A stretch of 64,000 bases of DNA from Candidatus Poribacteria bacterium (GCA_965208675.1 OZ242351.1:2304001-2368000), one strand, 5' to 3'. Counted from the stretch's first letter, positions 30,117 through 40,921 are shown. Notes: generated by a model not told the origin, from the letters alone. Made by a program: numbers and translations.

Positions 30117-31616
30117 TTAAAAATTGTTGTTGGATCCGTGAATTGCATGAACGAGTTCTGATGCCGTACAGGTCCTCAATAGATTGCCCACAATTTCTTG
30201 AGTGCCAAAGTGTGGGCGGTCCATTAAGATTTTGTCTAATGAAGAACCATCAAGTGAAAAAATCATCGAATTCCAACTCGCGCTATGAATTTCGTGCGGG
30301 TATTTTTGCAAACACACACCCCGAAAATAGGCGCGTGTATCAACAGGTGGATGGGTCACAGCATTAACGATTTCCTCATGATTGAGTATTCGTTCGACGC
30401 GGCCGTTTTTGAGTAACCTGACATATAACCCTTTGTTTGGCCGTATGTCGTGGTATTGCAGATCCATCATTCGGACGCGGGGATCCGACCAACTGACACC
30501 GCGACGTTCGATATATGCAGTGATGAGGTTTTTCTTAATCACCCAATCGAGATGCCGATCTAGCAGCATCGGATTGACTTCGAGCTGATTGAGAACAAAC
30601 TCCCATTTGTCCATCACATCCTGCATCACTGGCGTAAAATCCGCCTTAGGAAGATGTTTATGAGCCAGTTCGAGATAAGCCCGCTGCACTTCAATCGGCG
30701 TCCATCGACGTCCATCGTCCAAATCGAGGGGATTTTTACATGATAAATCTCGCGACACCGTTTTAATTGTAGCAACGGGGTCTGAGAGTTTAAATGCATC
30801 CCCACCAACACCCATTTCAATTAATTTCAGCACAATCGACGTGATTCCGACTTTCAAATAGATGGTGAACTCTGACATATTGGAATCACCGACGATTACA
30901 TGCAATCGGCGGTACAATTTTTCATCGGCGTGGGGTTCGTCGCGGGTGTTGATTATCGGACGAGCCACCATGGTGCTCAATCCCACTTCCGTCTCAAAGA
31001 AATCTGCACGCTGCGAGATTTGATAGTCCGTTTCCTCCGCGCCGTTTTCGGCTCCAACTTTTCCGCTGCCGGTGATGATTTGCCGCGTCACTAGAAACGG
31101 GGTTAACCCCGCGACAATGTCCTGAAAAGGAATACTCCGATTCATCAGGTAGTTTTCATGGCTGCCGTAGCTATGACCTTTATAGTCGCTGTTATTCTTA
31201 TATATGATGATGTCTTGGTTAGCCGGCAGCAACTCTTCCGCAGCCATGCGGCTCAAATCTAATATCAGTTCTCCCGCCTTTTCATATTTCACAAGATCTC
31301 GGGCATTTGTACATTCTGGCGTACAATATTCCGGATGGGCATGGTCAATATAATACCGCCCACCGTTAATTAGAATGTCGTTGATGAGACTGTTGTTCTC
31401 TTGATCTGGAGGATTGCTTTCGCCCTCGGATATAAACCCCCTTGCATCCACCAATGGGTTTTCCTGCTCATAATCCCACGTGATGCCCTTCGGCCCCCGA
31501 TCCTTATAGATATTTACGATGAGTGTCGAGGCGGCGACTGGATCCTGATCTCGTGCATTTTTTACCGAAATCCCATACTCGGTTTCGGTTCCCATAATCA
31601 TCGGTGTTGTTGTCAT
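30117..31616 (-). CDS. dop: Pup deamidase/depupylase
   Basis: MGTETEYGI, NGGRYYIDHAHPEY, YKNNSDYKGHSYGSHENY, SQRADFFE..VGL, position between arc and pup. Confidence 0.92.
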   Translation of the reverse strand: MTTTPMIMGTETEYGISVKNARDQDPVAASTLIVNIYKDRGPKGITWDYEQENPLVDARGFISEGESNPPDQENNSLINDILINGGRYYIDHAHPEYCTPECTNARDLVKYEKAGELILDLSRMAAEELLPANQDIIIYKNNSDYKGHSYGSHENYLMNRSIPFQDIVAGLTPFLVTRQIITGSGKVGAENGAEETDYQISQRADFFETEVGLSTMVARPIINTRDEPHADEKLYRRLHVIVGDSNMSEFTIYLKVGITSIVLKLIEMGVGGDAFKLSDPVATIKTVSRDLSCKNPLDLDDGRRWTPIEVQRAYLELAHKHLPKADFTPVMQDVMDKWEFVLNQLEVNPMLLDRHLDWVIKKNLITAYIERRGVSWSDPRVRMMDLQYHDIRPNKGLYVRLLKNGRVERILNHEEIVNAVTHPPVDTRAYFRGVCLQKYPHEIHSASWNSMIFSLDGSSLDKILMDRPHFGTQEIVGNLLRTCTASELVHAIHGSNNNF

Positions 31617-31641
31617 AAGCTAAAAGAATAGATTGACATCT

Positions 31642-33456
31642 TTAAAGGTACGCCCCACCCTTTACAACTCTCACATCTTTCCTCTTGCGATCGGGTTCGT
31701 TCATCAAAGCTCTGATATTGACAATTCGTTCGCCTTTCCGTCCGGAAATCTTTGCCCAATCATCGGGATTCGTTGTGTTTGGTAAATCTTCGTTTTCTTT
31801 ATATTCCTCTCGGATAGCGTGTTGAAGATCCTCAAGCGTAATGCCCCGCTCTGCTTCTTCAGAATTGATTAAGCGCTTGATTGCTATCTTTTTACTTCGA
31901 GCAACGATGTTATCAATCATCGCACCGCTCACAAAATCTTTGAAGTAAAGCGTTTCGCGCTCTCCGCGTGCATAAGTCACTTCGATGAATCTATTGTCTT
32001 CCGTTGTGGCGTACATCTCATCGACCGCTTGATTAATCATGTGCTGAATTGCATCTTCCGGCTTTTGCTCAAACTTCTCTAATTCAGAAGGTGCAATGGG
32101 TAAATCCGAGGTCAAGTATTTTGAGAAAATATCCTTTGCGCCGTCTGCCGTGGGCCGGTCGATTTTGATTTTGATGTCCAGCCTACCGGGGCGCAAAACG
32201 GCTGGATCAAGAAGATCTTGTCGATTACTAGCCCCAATTACAATTACATCATGCAACCCTTCAACACCGTCAATCTCAGCGAGAAATGTTGGGACAACCG
32301 TTGACTCCATGTCGGATGAGATACCCATTCCTCTTGATCTGAATAAAGAATCCATCTCATCGAAGAAAATGATGACAGGCACACCTTCCTTCGATTTTTC
32401 TTTGGCTTTCGAAAAAACTTCCCGAATCTTCCGTTCAGTCTCTCCTACATACTTATTTAGCAGCTCTGGACCTTTGACATTTATAAAAAACCCTTTGACA
32501 TCATCTCGACCTGTCTGTTGGCGCACCCGTTCTGCCAGATTGTTAGCAACAGCTTTGGCAATCAAGGTTTTTCCGCAGCCGGGCGGGCCATAAAGAAGGA
32601 TGCCGACCGGTGAGGTTAAACTAAACTCCTTATACTCATCCGGATACAAGTATGGTGTTTCAATTGCATCACGAATGGCTTCAATCTGTAGATTCAAGCC
32701 GCCAATATTTGCATACTTGATGTCCGGCACTTCTTCAAGTAACAAATCCTGTACCTCGGAGTTAGGAAGTTTCTCCATGACCATGCCGGTTGTATGATTG
32801 AGCAATACAAGATCGCCCGATCGAATCGGCTCTGATTTCAGCAGATCGGAAATCTGAACAACCCGCTCTTCATCCGCACGAAGATTAACGATTATTCGGG
32901 TTTCATCGAGCCGCTCCTTTACTTTAACTACCTCACCATGCTGGTCAAAATCTCTAACGGCGACGATGTTCATAACACCATTGACAATAACTTCTTGACC
33001 CTTTTGAAGTTGCTCAATGTTGATGTCCGGATCGACATTGACTTTCCATCTTTTACCAGAAAGGTCAATGTCAACTGTTCCGTCGTCGTTGGACTGGAGA
33101 AATGCACCGTAGTTATTGGGGGGAGCGCTTAATTGTTCCACTTTTTCTTTAAGGTGCTCCAGTTTCTCTTTGGCTTCCTGAAGTGTGCTTGTCAGTTTCC
33201 GATTTCGACGATGCGCCTGCATTAATTCGCGCGTCATTTCGTAAAGCCGGATTTCAACATCATCAGACGGAACGGCATTTAACCGCCTTCTTAGATTATC
33301 GACTTCGCTTTCCAGAGATTCGACAGTGAACTGCAATTCACGAATGCGTGTTTCATACGAAACCCGTTCCGATGAAGAAGGTGTCAGATCCAATGTTTCC
33401 TGAATGTCTTCACGTTTTGCGGAACCTCTTTTTTTGGTAGCCATAATTTTACCCAA
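31642..33456 (-). CDS. arc: Proteasome ATPase ARC/Mpa
   Basis: N-terminal coiled coil, LEEVPD, GPPGCGKT, KGPELLNKYVGETE, FFDEMD, NEDLPNTTNPDDWA, C-terminal GAYL. Confidence 0.96.
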   Translation of the reverse strand: MGKIMATKKRGSAKREDIQETLDLTPSSSERVSYETRIRELQFTVESLESEVDNLRRRLNAVPSDDVEIRLYEMTRELMQAHRRNRKLTSTLQEAKEKLEHLKEKVEQLSAPPNNYGAFLQSNDDGTVDIDLSGKRWKVNVDPDINIEQLQKGQEVIVNGVMNIVAVRDFDQHGEVVKVKERLDETRIIVNLRADEERVVQISDLLKSEPIRSGDLVLLNHTTGMVMEKLPNSEVQDLLLEEVPDIKYANIGGLNLQIEAIRDAIETPYLYPDEYKEFSLTSPVGILLYGPPGCGKTLIAKAVANNLAERVRQQTGRDDVKGFFINVKGPELLNKYVGETERKIREVFSKAKEKSKEGVPVIIFFDEMDSLFRSRGMGISSDMESTVVPTFLAEIDGVEGLHDVIVIGASNRQDLLDPAVLRPGRLDIKIKIDRPTADGAKDIFSKYLTSDLPIAPSELEKFEQKPEDAIQHMINQAVDEMYATTEDNRFIEVTYARGERETLYFKDFVSGAMIDNIVARSKKIAIKRLINSEEAERGITLEDLQHAIREEYKENEDLPNTTNPDDWAKISGRKGERIVNIRALMNEPDRKRKDVRVVKGGAYL

Positions 33457-33536
33457 CCTAATTTTTTATTTTGCGATTTGACTCATTATCAAAAACCAAC
33501 TGATAGTACGTAGGAATGCAGCGATCGATTACAACT

Positions 33537-33995
33537 CTAGCAGGTAAAATTGATACTCGTTATCTGAAATCGTGAATTTGCCTGTCGAGCTGGAAGGAGG
33601 GAAATTAGATTGGTAGGGGGTACATTCCGTCGGCTGGGTGCACCTGTGCGGTTTTGCCCGCTCAATGCAAATTTGTTTTTCAGGTAAGGATATCTATCGG
33701 CAAGACCTCGTAAAAATTCGATTTTCACCGGATAGCCGCTCTGGCGGCCGCAACCGTAACCAACATAAGACTGAGCATTGGCAGTATTAGCGCATTGAAG
33801 ACACTGAACACCTAATTGCTGAAGTTCGGGTGTTGTCCCATTGCATTCCACATCATTTTGAAAACCCGCTGCTTTTGCATAGAACATTTCAGCTAATTCC
33901 AATTTATTTGCTTTTGGGTGCTTTATCAATGCACTAGACGAGAAACGCGACTTAAACTTGAAAATCTTGAGTAGCCAGAAACTACCCAATGGCAT
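33537..33995 (-). CDS. Hypothetical Cys-containing ORF between the promoter and arc (may be non-coding leader)
   Basis: 152-codon ORF co-oriented with arc, downstream of a consensus promoter; no recognisable family. Confidence 0.3.
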   Translation of the reverse strand: MPLGSFWLLKIFKFKSRFSSSALIKHPKANKLELAEMFYAKAAGFQNDVECNGTTPELQQLGVQCLQCANTANAQSYVGYGCGRQSGYPVKIEFLRGLADRYPYLKNKFALSGQNRTGAPSRRNVPPTNLISLLPARQANSRFQITSINFTC

Positions 33996-34125
33996 TCACA
34001 TTGCGTATGCTCCGTACTACGCGCAACCGCCCAGTTACGCCAGGTTTAGTATTGACAACGTGTAGCATTTCCCACTGGAAAAGCAACTTAAAATAGCTGT
34101 CATTTTGGACGCTAAGGGCGGTTAG

Positions 34126-34154
34126 ATTATAGCATTCGCCTATAATCGTGTCAA
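34126..34154 (-). promoter_or_regulatory. Consensus sigma70 promoter facing the Pup-proteasome operon
   Basis: TTGACA-N17-TATAAT with extended -10 (TGc). Confidence 0.8.
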
Positions 34155-34367
34155 GGAAAATATCCGGAACTCTCAGGGCTTGCGCCGTTCAGATACAAGC
34201 TCAGAAACCTTGCGGCGAGCGATCAATGGCGCCGATCTCAAGATCGCCCAAACTCGATGTTATTGCTAATGTGCATTCATTGATTTTCGCTAATTATTTG
34301 GTGCGTCGCCGCGATTGTGACTAATCCCAGTCATTGCAGTTTAGCTTTCCTAAGGCGAATCCAACTC

Positions 34368-35426
34368 CTATTCCTCAACGGATTCTCGGGCATCAACATC
34401 ATTGCTAACAGAGGCGGTGCCTGGCGGGCTATGAACTCCTAATTTTTCTCGAATTTTGGTTTCGATTTCAGCAGCAATTTCGGCGTGCTCTTTTAGGTAA
34501 AGCTTTGCATTGTTCCTACCTTGCCCTAGCCGATCGCCTCCATAGGCAAACCATGCGCCGCTTTTCTCTATGATGCCTTCATCTACACCGACATCAAGAA
34601 TGCCTCCTTCTTTCGAGATGCCATCTCCAAAAGTCAAATCAAACTCCGCTTGCCGAAATGGCGGCGCCACCTTGTTTTTGGCAATCTTTACGCGTACGCG
34701 GTTCCCAATGGCTTCATTCCCCTCTTTCAAGCTTTCGACCCGGCGCATTTCCAGCCGCACAGAGGCATGAAATTTTAGCGCTAATCCGCCAGGAGTGGTT
34801 TCCGGGTTGCCAAACATGACACCTATCTTCTGACGAATCTGGTTGGTAAAGACTACACAAGTTTTTGACCGATTGGTAATACCGCTGAGTTTACGGAGCG
34901 CTTTGGACATTAAACGCGGCAATAATCCCACGTGAGCGTCACCCATGTCCCCCTCAATTTCCGCCTGAGGTGTCAACGCTGCCACCGAATCAACCACAAC
35001 GATGTCAATTGCCCCGCTGCGAATAAGGGTTTCCACAATTTCCAACGCTTGTTCGCCGGTGTCCGGCTGAGAAATGAGTAACTCATCCATATCCACACCG
35101 ATGCGTTTGGAATAATTGGGGTCTAGTGCGTGTTCAACATCGACAAATGCCGCAACCCCGCGTTGTTTTTGTGCTTCAGCCACAACATGCAGCGCAAGCG
35201 TTGTTTTTCCGCTAGATTCGTGGCCGAAAATTTCAACGATTCGCCCGCGGGGCACTCCACCTACACCGAGCGCAATGTCTAGTGCAAGTGAACCTGTTGG
35301 AATAGATTCGACCGGAACAATTTCAGTACTGTTAAAGCGCATTATCGCGCCTTTACCGTGTTGCCGCTCAATTTGTGTTATTGCAAGATCGATGGTATGG
35401 TTCTTTTCATCTCTTGTCATCATCAA
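34368..35426 (-). CDS. recA: Recombinase A
   Basis: [53 protein letters not shown]. Confidence 0.99.
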   Translation of the reverse strand: MMMTRDEKNHTIDLAITQIERQHGKGAIMRFNSTEIVPVESIPTGSLALDIALGVGGVPRGRIVEIFGHESSGKTTLALHVVAEAQKQRGVAAFVDVEHALDPNYSKRIGVDMDELLISQPDTGEQALEIVETLIRSGAIDIVVVDSVAALTPQAEIEGDMGDAHVGLLPRLMSKALRKLSGITNRSKTCVVFTNQIRQKIGVMFGNPETTPGGLALKFHASVRLEMRRVESLKEGNEAIGNRVRVKIAKNKVAPPFRQAEFDLTFGDGISKEGGILDVGVDEGIIEKSGAWFAYGGDRLGQGRNNAKLYLKEHAEIAAEIETKIREKLGVHSPPGTASVSNDVDARESVEE

Positions 35427-36010
35427 ACCTCCATATTCAATCTACACGATTTTAAGCGGGTGTAGACCGCCCCTGTCAATTGCAGTTGGCTCCGCACAAG
35501 TGTAATCTCTTTGACCGTCATTGAGGCGCCGTCAATTTCCTCATATTGCTGAATCGCATCAGTGAAAGGTCGCAGATCCATCCGCTCTTTGATTCTAGCG
35601 ATTGTTAAATGGGGGTTGGCTGCTCTTTCATCGCGCGGAAATCCATATCGATCTAGTTCAAGGTTGATTTCTTTGGCTAACTCACTTATCTCGGCACTCC
35701 CATCTTTAACGCCGCACCAAACCACCCTTGGGCGTTTTAGATTCGGAAATGCACCAATCCCTCCAACCCGCATCGTAAATGCGAAATGACCCATCGCTAC
35801 CTTCTGGATGGCAGCTTCAATCGTACCGAGCTGGGTGTGTTCAACCTCTCCCAAAAATTTTAATGTAACGTGAATATTTTTCGGATTAACCCATGACGCA
35901 TGGCGAACACGTTTTCTGAGTATATCTTGAATTTGTGCCAACTTGTCTTGAATTGTAGACGGGATTTCGATTGCTACGAAACAACGAATTTGCTGCGATG
36001 TGTTTTGCAT
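35423..36010 (-). CDS. thpR: RNA 2',3'-cyclic phosphodiesterase (2H family)
   Basis: [32 protein letters not shown]. Confidence 0.92.
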   Translation of the reverse strand: MQNTSQQIRCFVAIEIPSTIQDKLAQIQDILRKRVRHASWVNPKNIHVTLKFLGEVEHTQLGTIEAAIQKVAMGHFAFTMRVGGIGAFPNLKRPRVVWCGVKDGSAEISELAKEINLELDRYGFPRDERAANPHLTIARIKERMDLRPFTDAIQQYEEIDGASMTVKEITLVRSQLQLTGAVYTRLKSCRLNMEV

Positions 36011-36083
36011 ACCCCAAATACTGAATAAATAGCAAACATCAATGTGCAGTTTGACGTTGACACTTACGCTTGATACAATCGAT

Positions 36084-36710
36084 CTAGAGATCGTCGTCGG
36101 TGTATATATCCGCTGACCGCATCAAGTCGTACATCGCCTTGCGGTTATTATACAGAAATTCTAAACCAGACACCACTGTTAAAATGAGCGGGATGTACAT
36201 CATAAAATAGATTGGCCCGAAGGGGTGAACGATTAGGTCGACGGGAAGCACTGACAACCCTCCAAATTCATAGATAACAAGCAATGCCAAACTTATGGTT
36301 AGGACAACCATTTGAGAAGATGTTTTATATTTCCCCCACTTGGCTGATGCGACGACAGTTCCCTGCGTTGCAATGAATGCTATCCGCAACCCCGTAACAA
36401 CAAACTCACGCCCTACAATTGTGATAACCATCCAGCCTGGAATTAGTCCTTCTCCGAACCGGGTAAGACAGATTAACGCCGCACCAACAAGGAGTTTATC
36501 CGCGAGTGGATCGATAAATTTTCCAAAACTAGTGGTACCTTGCTTCCGAGCAATTCGTCCATCGAAGAAATCTGTAAGCGACGATACGGCAAAAATGATT
36601 AGCGCCGCAAGCAAACGTTGGTAGCGAAATGAGAGCATCAAAAGCGGTACCATGACGATGCGTGAAATCGTTAGGTAATTCGCCAAGCGCATGAGGTTGT
36701 GAATATTCAT
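36084..36710 (-). CDS. pgsA: CDP-diacylglycerol--glycerol-3-phosphate 3-phosphatidyltransferase
   Basis: ANYLTISRI, TDFFDGRIARK..TSFGKFIDPLADK, REFVVTGLR, GKYKT. Confidence 0.93.
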   Translation of the reverse strand: MNIHNLMRLANYLTISRIVMVPLLMLSFRYQRLLAALIIFAVSSLTDFFDGRIARKQGTTSFGKFIDPLADKLLVGAALICLTRFGEGLIPGWMVITIVGREFVVTGLRIAFIATQGTVVASAKWGKYKTSSQMVVLTISLALLVIYEFGGLSVLPVDLIVHPFGPIYFMMYIPLILTVVSGLEFLYNNRKAMYDLMRSADIYTDDDL

Positions 36711-36743
36711 GATTAGACTGTTGTGCTTCGTGAGAAGTGCGAT

Positions 36744-37433
36744 TCACTCGTCAGATGAAAGATCAATGATTTCGACATCGTCGGGAATAATAAACTTGAA
36801 GGCATCGGCCGCGATTTCCGCATCGCGCCGAACTTTTTTCAACGAAACTATTACACTAAGGGTACTCCCATCCTCTCTTTCGGATCTGTAACCGAACTGC
36901 ACCGGCAACCAATCACTCGATTGCACCCAAACTTCCAAGATTTCGCGCGCATGCTGGATTCCATCAGCCGGTTGAGACAGCAAATGAGGCTTAGGCGTCA
37001 ATTCAATCTGGTAGACGCCTTTCTTATTCGCGATGGAATCCGGAACTAGCCGCATATCATAATTCTCTTGAACATCATCCAATGATGCCCCGATTCCCGG
37101 CAATAACTCGTTGCGATTCGAGTTGCTCCACCGCATCTTATTGACCTGATTCAGCATCGGCGTATAAGACCAGGAATAATCGCCATCAAGGATGATTAAC
37201 TGCACGGTTTGGCTAGAATCCTCGCGGCTCAAATACTCCTTGCGCAACAAGTTAGGCTTGCTAAATGCCAGTTTGCCGCCCGCAATGCTTTTATTGCCAT
37301 CTTGAAGCGTTGTCTCCTCAAACTCAGCGCTAAAGTTCTTGGATGTATCATAAGCTGCCTTAAACTTGTGGAAAATCTCATCAACTGAATAAGCAAATCC
37401 CGACTGCCCGCCAGCAATCAAAAATAATGTCAA
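36744..37433 (-). CDS. LolA-like outer-membrane lipoprotein carrier
   Basis: FSAEFEE, GKLAFSKPNLLR, DGDYSWSYTP, FKFIIPDDVEIID. Start codon uncertain. Confidence 0.8.
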   Translation of the reverse strand: MTLFLIAGGQSGFAYSVDEIFHKFKAAYDTSKNFSAEFEETTLQDGNKSIAGGKLAFSKPNLLRKEYLSREDSSQTVQLIILDGDYSWSYTPMLNQVNKMRWSNSNRNELLPGIGASLDDVQENYDMRLVPDSIANKKGVYQIELTPKPHLLSQPADGIQHAREILEVWVQSSDWLPVQFGYRSEREDGSTLSVIVSLKKVRRDAEIAADAFKFIIPDDVEIIDLSSDE

Positions 37434-37500
37434 CAGTTTCCCATACCAGAGCAGTTCATTGACCTTATCCCCCGGATTATAATTCTGGATTTACGATTGC

Positions 37501-37529
37501 AGTATAGCACCTGCACCTTTAATTGTCAA
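37501..37529 (-). promoter_or_regulatory. Sigma70 promoter for the lolA-like/pgsA/thpR/recA run
   Basis: TTGACA-N17-TATACT with extended -10 (TGc). Confidence 0.7.
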
Positions 37530-38068
37530 CGCCGTTTTTGAAGTCTATCACTAGCTTAAATTTAGACATCGAAATGTATTCGCAGTTGGATAAACATAAC
37601 AAGCTACTCGGTTGGGTTACACTGTTCATAACTGCAATTGTTCCTCAATTTGACTTGACGCAATCAACGTGCCGATGGATTGAACCAACACGCTCTTTTA
37701 CACCGGGGAAGTAGTGTTTGTTCCCTATTTCGGCAAGGATGATGGAATCCTTAAAATCGCAGCCAAGATTTTTCGCATCACAGCACACTACTCATTTTGC
37801 CGGTAGTTTGAATTCGGGCGGTAATGAAGTACGAGGTTTTGGTGTTTGCTGTCCAAGGAATTAATGCCCTGGGAGGGTTGATTTATCTGCTTTGCTGTTC
37901 GACATGCTCGTTAAGAACCTAACCTAATGGTAACGTCTTGCAGAAATTTAACCGTTTTACTTTTTGAAACCGTTTCACACGAGATGCGTTTGGTATGGAT
38001 AGAATTCTTCCAAAAAAAATAGAATGTGTACCAAATCTCTCTAATTCATCACGAGGAAACCAATTCAA

Positions 38069-39085
38069 ATGCCAAAACATTATACCTATCTGGTCTCTTG
38101 CGTCAGAGAAACGTCAATCGAATGGGGAATTGAACTTCAATCGCTCGGCGATGCAGTGCCGCCGAAAGTCGTTCGCTTAGCGCACCTGACTCGACCGCTA
38201 ACTGATTCGCCATATTTTCAATCAAAAAGTAACCCGATAGCTTATCTTAAGCAGCTAATAAAAGGCATGACGGATATGCTGCGCGATTACCACACACGTG
38301 TTTTCAGAAAGATTCAGATCAGGCTGGAAGAGTTACAGGTCGGAGAACGCTGCTATGTCCAAGTTGCTTACACAGATAATGGTGCGGAAATTAAACCCCA
38401 CAATTACGAAATCCAGCTACTTGAGAACTCGCCGCTTGAATCACTAGACGCAAATCCCGAACAGTCAACTGCATCCTCCACTACGCTGAATGGCAACAAT
38501 CATTCTGGTCATCAGGGAGAAGAGGCCGTCCTGAATTGGCAAAAATCGGCTAAATCAAGTGCGAACGGTCAAAGTAAATCTTCAGTTGATAATTCAACTG
38601 AGGTGGTTAAACAGATTACAAAATTGCATGAGAGAGTTAGGAAACTTCAATCTGAAATGGACGTGATGAAGGAGAGACTAGACGAAGGGCGGCGCTTGTC
38701 GGAAAGAATTCTGAGTGACAGAGATTTTCTTGGATCTAGAAGAGCAGAAGTCGCTGGCCAACCCAATGCACCGCGAATTGGGAGCAAACGGGTGTATATG
38801 CGTCCAAACGGTGGAAAAGATCCGCAGAAAACGGATAGCATTATGCTCAATCAGGATGAAAGTACCGCTATCCAATACATTATGGACCAGAAAAGCATAA
38901 CTGAATCTCAGTTGAGGAAGCAATACCACATTGGTAATGCTTCTGAAGTTATGGCGAGCTTGATTGACAAGATGGAACAATACAATTCGCCCTGCATTGA
39001 TGTCCAGACGGATGAGAATGGTAAATTGGTTTACCATTGGAATCAGCCGGATGATGGGGCGATGGCTGCGTCAAATCATTCTTGA
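38069..39085 (+). CDS. Hypothetical protein with coiled coil and possible C-terminal winged helix
   Basis: 338-codon ORF; low-complexity linker, heptad region (ITKLHERVRKLQSEM), helix-turn-helix-like tail. Start uncertain. Confidence 0.55.
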   Translation: MPKHYTYLVSCVRETSIEWGIELQSLGDAVPPKVVRLAHLTRPLTDSPYFQSKSNPIAYLKQLIKGMTDMLRDYHTRVFRKIQIRLEELQVGERCYVQVAYTDNGAEIKPHNYEIQLLENSPLESLDANPEQSTASSTTLNGNNHSGHQGEEAVLNWQKSAKSSANGQSKSSVDNSTEVVKQITKLHERVRKLQSEMDVMKERLDEGRRLSERILSDRDFLGSRRAEVAGQPNAPRIGSKRVYMRPNGGKDPQKTDSIMLNQDESTAIQYIMDQKSITESQLRKQYHIGNASEVMASLIDKMEQYNSPCIDVQTDENGKLVYHWNQPDDGAMAASNHS

Positions 39086-39148
39086 TGAACAGTTAAGTCT
39101 AGCGGCGGTTCATTATTCATTTTCAATCCGTTGTGCGCTCTATCGGAT

Positions 39149-39484
39149 TTAATCATTCAGGGGTGCGTCAATCTCCATGTCAAGCAGAATGGCGCTAAAC
39201 CCGTTGCCGTGCCCATCAATCATCAGCGAACGTGACACCCCACCCCCAAGCGCATTACGAACTACGAAGTTTAACGCGCCAATTTTCGGTAGTTCGTAGC
39301 GCTCTATTTGCCCGTGCGGTATGCCGCTGAGATAATCATCTACAGCTTCCGCCGTTACGTGTTCCTTCACCCACTCGTAGTTTGTTTGGTCGTAGACTAT
39401 CAGCCCGATATTTACGGTATCCGCCTTGTCGCCCGATCGCGAGTGGCATATCTGCCTGAGCTTAATCCGATTAGCCATTGTCAT
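39149..39484 (-). CDS. AtuA-related small ferredoxin-fold protein
   Basis: HSRSGDKAD..NIG, RYELP..ALNFV..ALGGGVSRSL..DGHG. Confidence 0.85.
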   Translation of the reverse strand: MTMANRIKLRQICHSRSGDKADTVNIGLIVYDQTNYEWVKEHVTAEAVDDYLSGIPHGQIERYELPKIGALNFVVRNALGGGVSRSLMIDGHGNGFSAILLDMEIDAPLND

Positions 39485-39494
39485 TCTCCCTCCT

Positions 39495-40862
39495 TTACTC
39501 TACAACGTATTCGTGTACGTTAAATTGTACGGTTTCACGGGGTAACAGCGTGGTATAAAGCCCGATGACTTCTTCCGGTCCCGCTTGGTAATCGAGCCGC
39601 AGTCCCTGGGATACGCCCGCCGGCCCATTTAGAGCGAGAGACTCAACATCATGCAAAACTTCCCACGCCTGTTCTTGGGTGTCGAAATAGCCGCTCACTC
39701 TCAGCTCAACTTCTTTTACCGCAGACAGATCTACATCAGACCACGGAAAGAGTGCGTTAACGCCAACAAAATCGAACCTCAAGGCAGATTTATCAATACC
39801 GTGAACGCGTACCGCCCGCTTTGCAATTGTATCGGCAGCTAACTGCGCTCTGGCATACGCCCCGGTTCCACCATAATAAGCCCGGCTAACTGCCACAAAG
39901 TTCTCACGTACACCGAGCAGCACTTTTACCGTTGATGGTCGAGGATGCCCTTTCGTCCCGGTTACGCTGACTCGATCGGTGCCAACTTGCTTAATCTCCG
40001 TGCTGGTGAAATCGACCACGCCATCGTTATGAATGTAGTTGCTTGGGTCGTGGAGTTCGTAAAGGAGTTGCTCTTTGACGGTCCGCTCGGACACTACCCC
40101 GCCTGTATTTGGAACCTTCGTGATAATCGCGTCTCCGTTTGCGTACACCTCAGCGATAGGCATTCCAATGTTGTCCAAACCGGATACATCCTTCATTCCG
40201 GGATCTGCATGATATCCGCCCGAGAGCTGCGCGCCGCACTCCATCAGGTGCCCAATGCCTAGCCCGCTCGCCAGCAAATCCCAGTCATCCATCTGCCAGC
40301 CCAATTCAAATATCAACGGCGCAAGAAATTGAGTGGAATCACCGGCTCTACTAGTAATCACTATATCCGCGCCCCGCCGCAACCCCTCAACAATCAGCGG
40401 TGCGCCTTGGTATGCGATAGCGGCTACAAGCCTATCCCCGAAAATAGAAACCGGCTCGCCCGTCTCAGATGTTACCGGATCTATTTCGTTGATAAGTGCG
40501 GCGCTGCTATCCGGCTGCGTATAGGCGACTTTGATACCTTTAATGTTCAATTCCTCGCAGATTTTGGCTGTTAAATTAACTGCACCTTTTACATCTGCGC
40601 TCCCACCATTATGGATGATTTTAACACCATTCTTGATGCATGCCGGAAGTACAGTTAGCAGGGTTCTACCAAGCGTGACATCGTATCCGACATCGCCCTT
40701 TGCCTTTCGCAGTGCGGATTCGGAATAGGCTTTTTCCGATTGAGCGTCAAAAATCAGATAATCAATCCCGCCATTCTCCGCCAGATTCAATGCGGCGTCT
40801 ATACGGTCGCCGCCGGCGCCGGATCCGCTTCCCAGCCGAATTGATGATTTTCGTGTATTAAT
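39495..40862 (-). CDS. Acyclic terpene utilization AtuA family (DUF1446)
   Basis: IRLGSGSG..GDR, GADIVITSRAGD, GHLMECGAQLSGG, VKEQLLYELHDPSNY. SD GAGGAGG points to ATT at 40860-40862; the ORF track gives 40934. Confidence 0.88.
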   Translation of the reverse strand: MNTRKSSIRLGSGSGAGGDRIDAALNLAENGGIDYLIFDAQSEKAYSESALRKAKGDVGYDVTLGRTLLTVLPACIKNGVKIIHNGGSADVKGAVNLTAKICEELNIKGIKVAYTQPDSSAALINEIDPVTSETGEPVSIFGDRLVAAIAYQGAPLIVEGLRRGADIVITSRAGDSTQFLAPLIFELGWQMDDWDLLASGLGIGHLMECGAQLSGGYHADPGMKDVSGLDNIGMPIAEVYANGDAIITKVPNTGGVVSERTVKEQLLYELHDPSNYIHNDGVVDFTSTEIKQVGTDRVSVTGTKGHPRPSTVKVLLGVRENFVAVSRAYYGGTGAYARAQLAADTIAKRAVRVHGIDKSALRFDFVGVNALFPWSDVDLSAVKEVELRVSGYFDTQEQAWEVLHDVESLALNGPAGVSQGLRLDYQAGPEEVIGLYTTLLPRETVQFNVHEYVVE

Positions 40863-40921
40863 TGTCTTACCCTCCTCAGCAGCGTGAAATTTGAAGACCG
40901 AAACTATTCGACAAGTTATCT

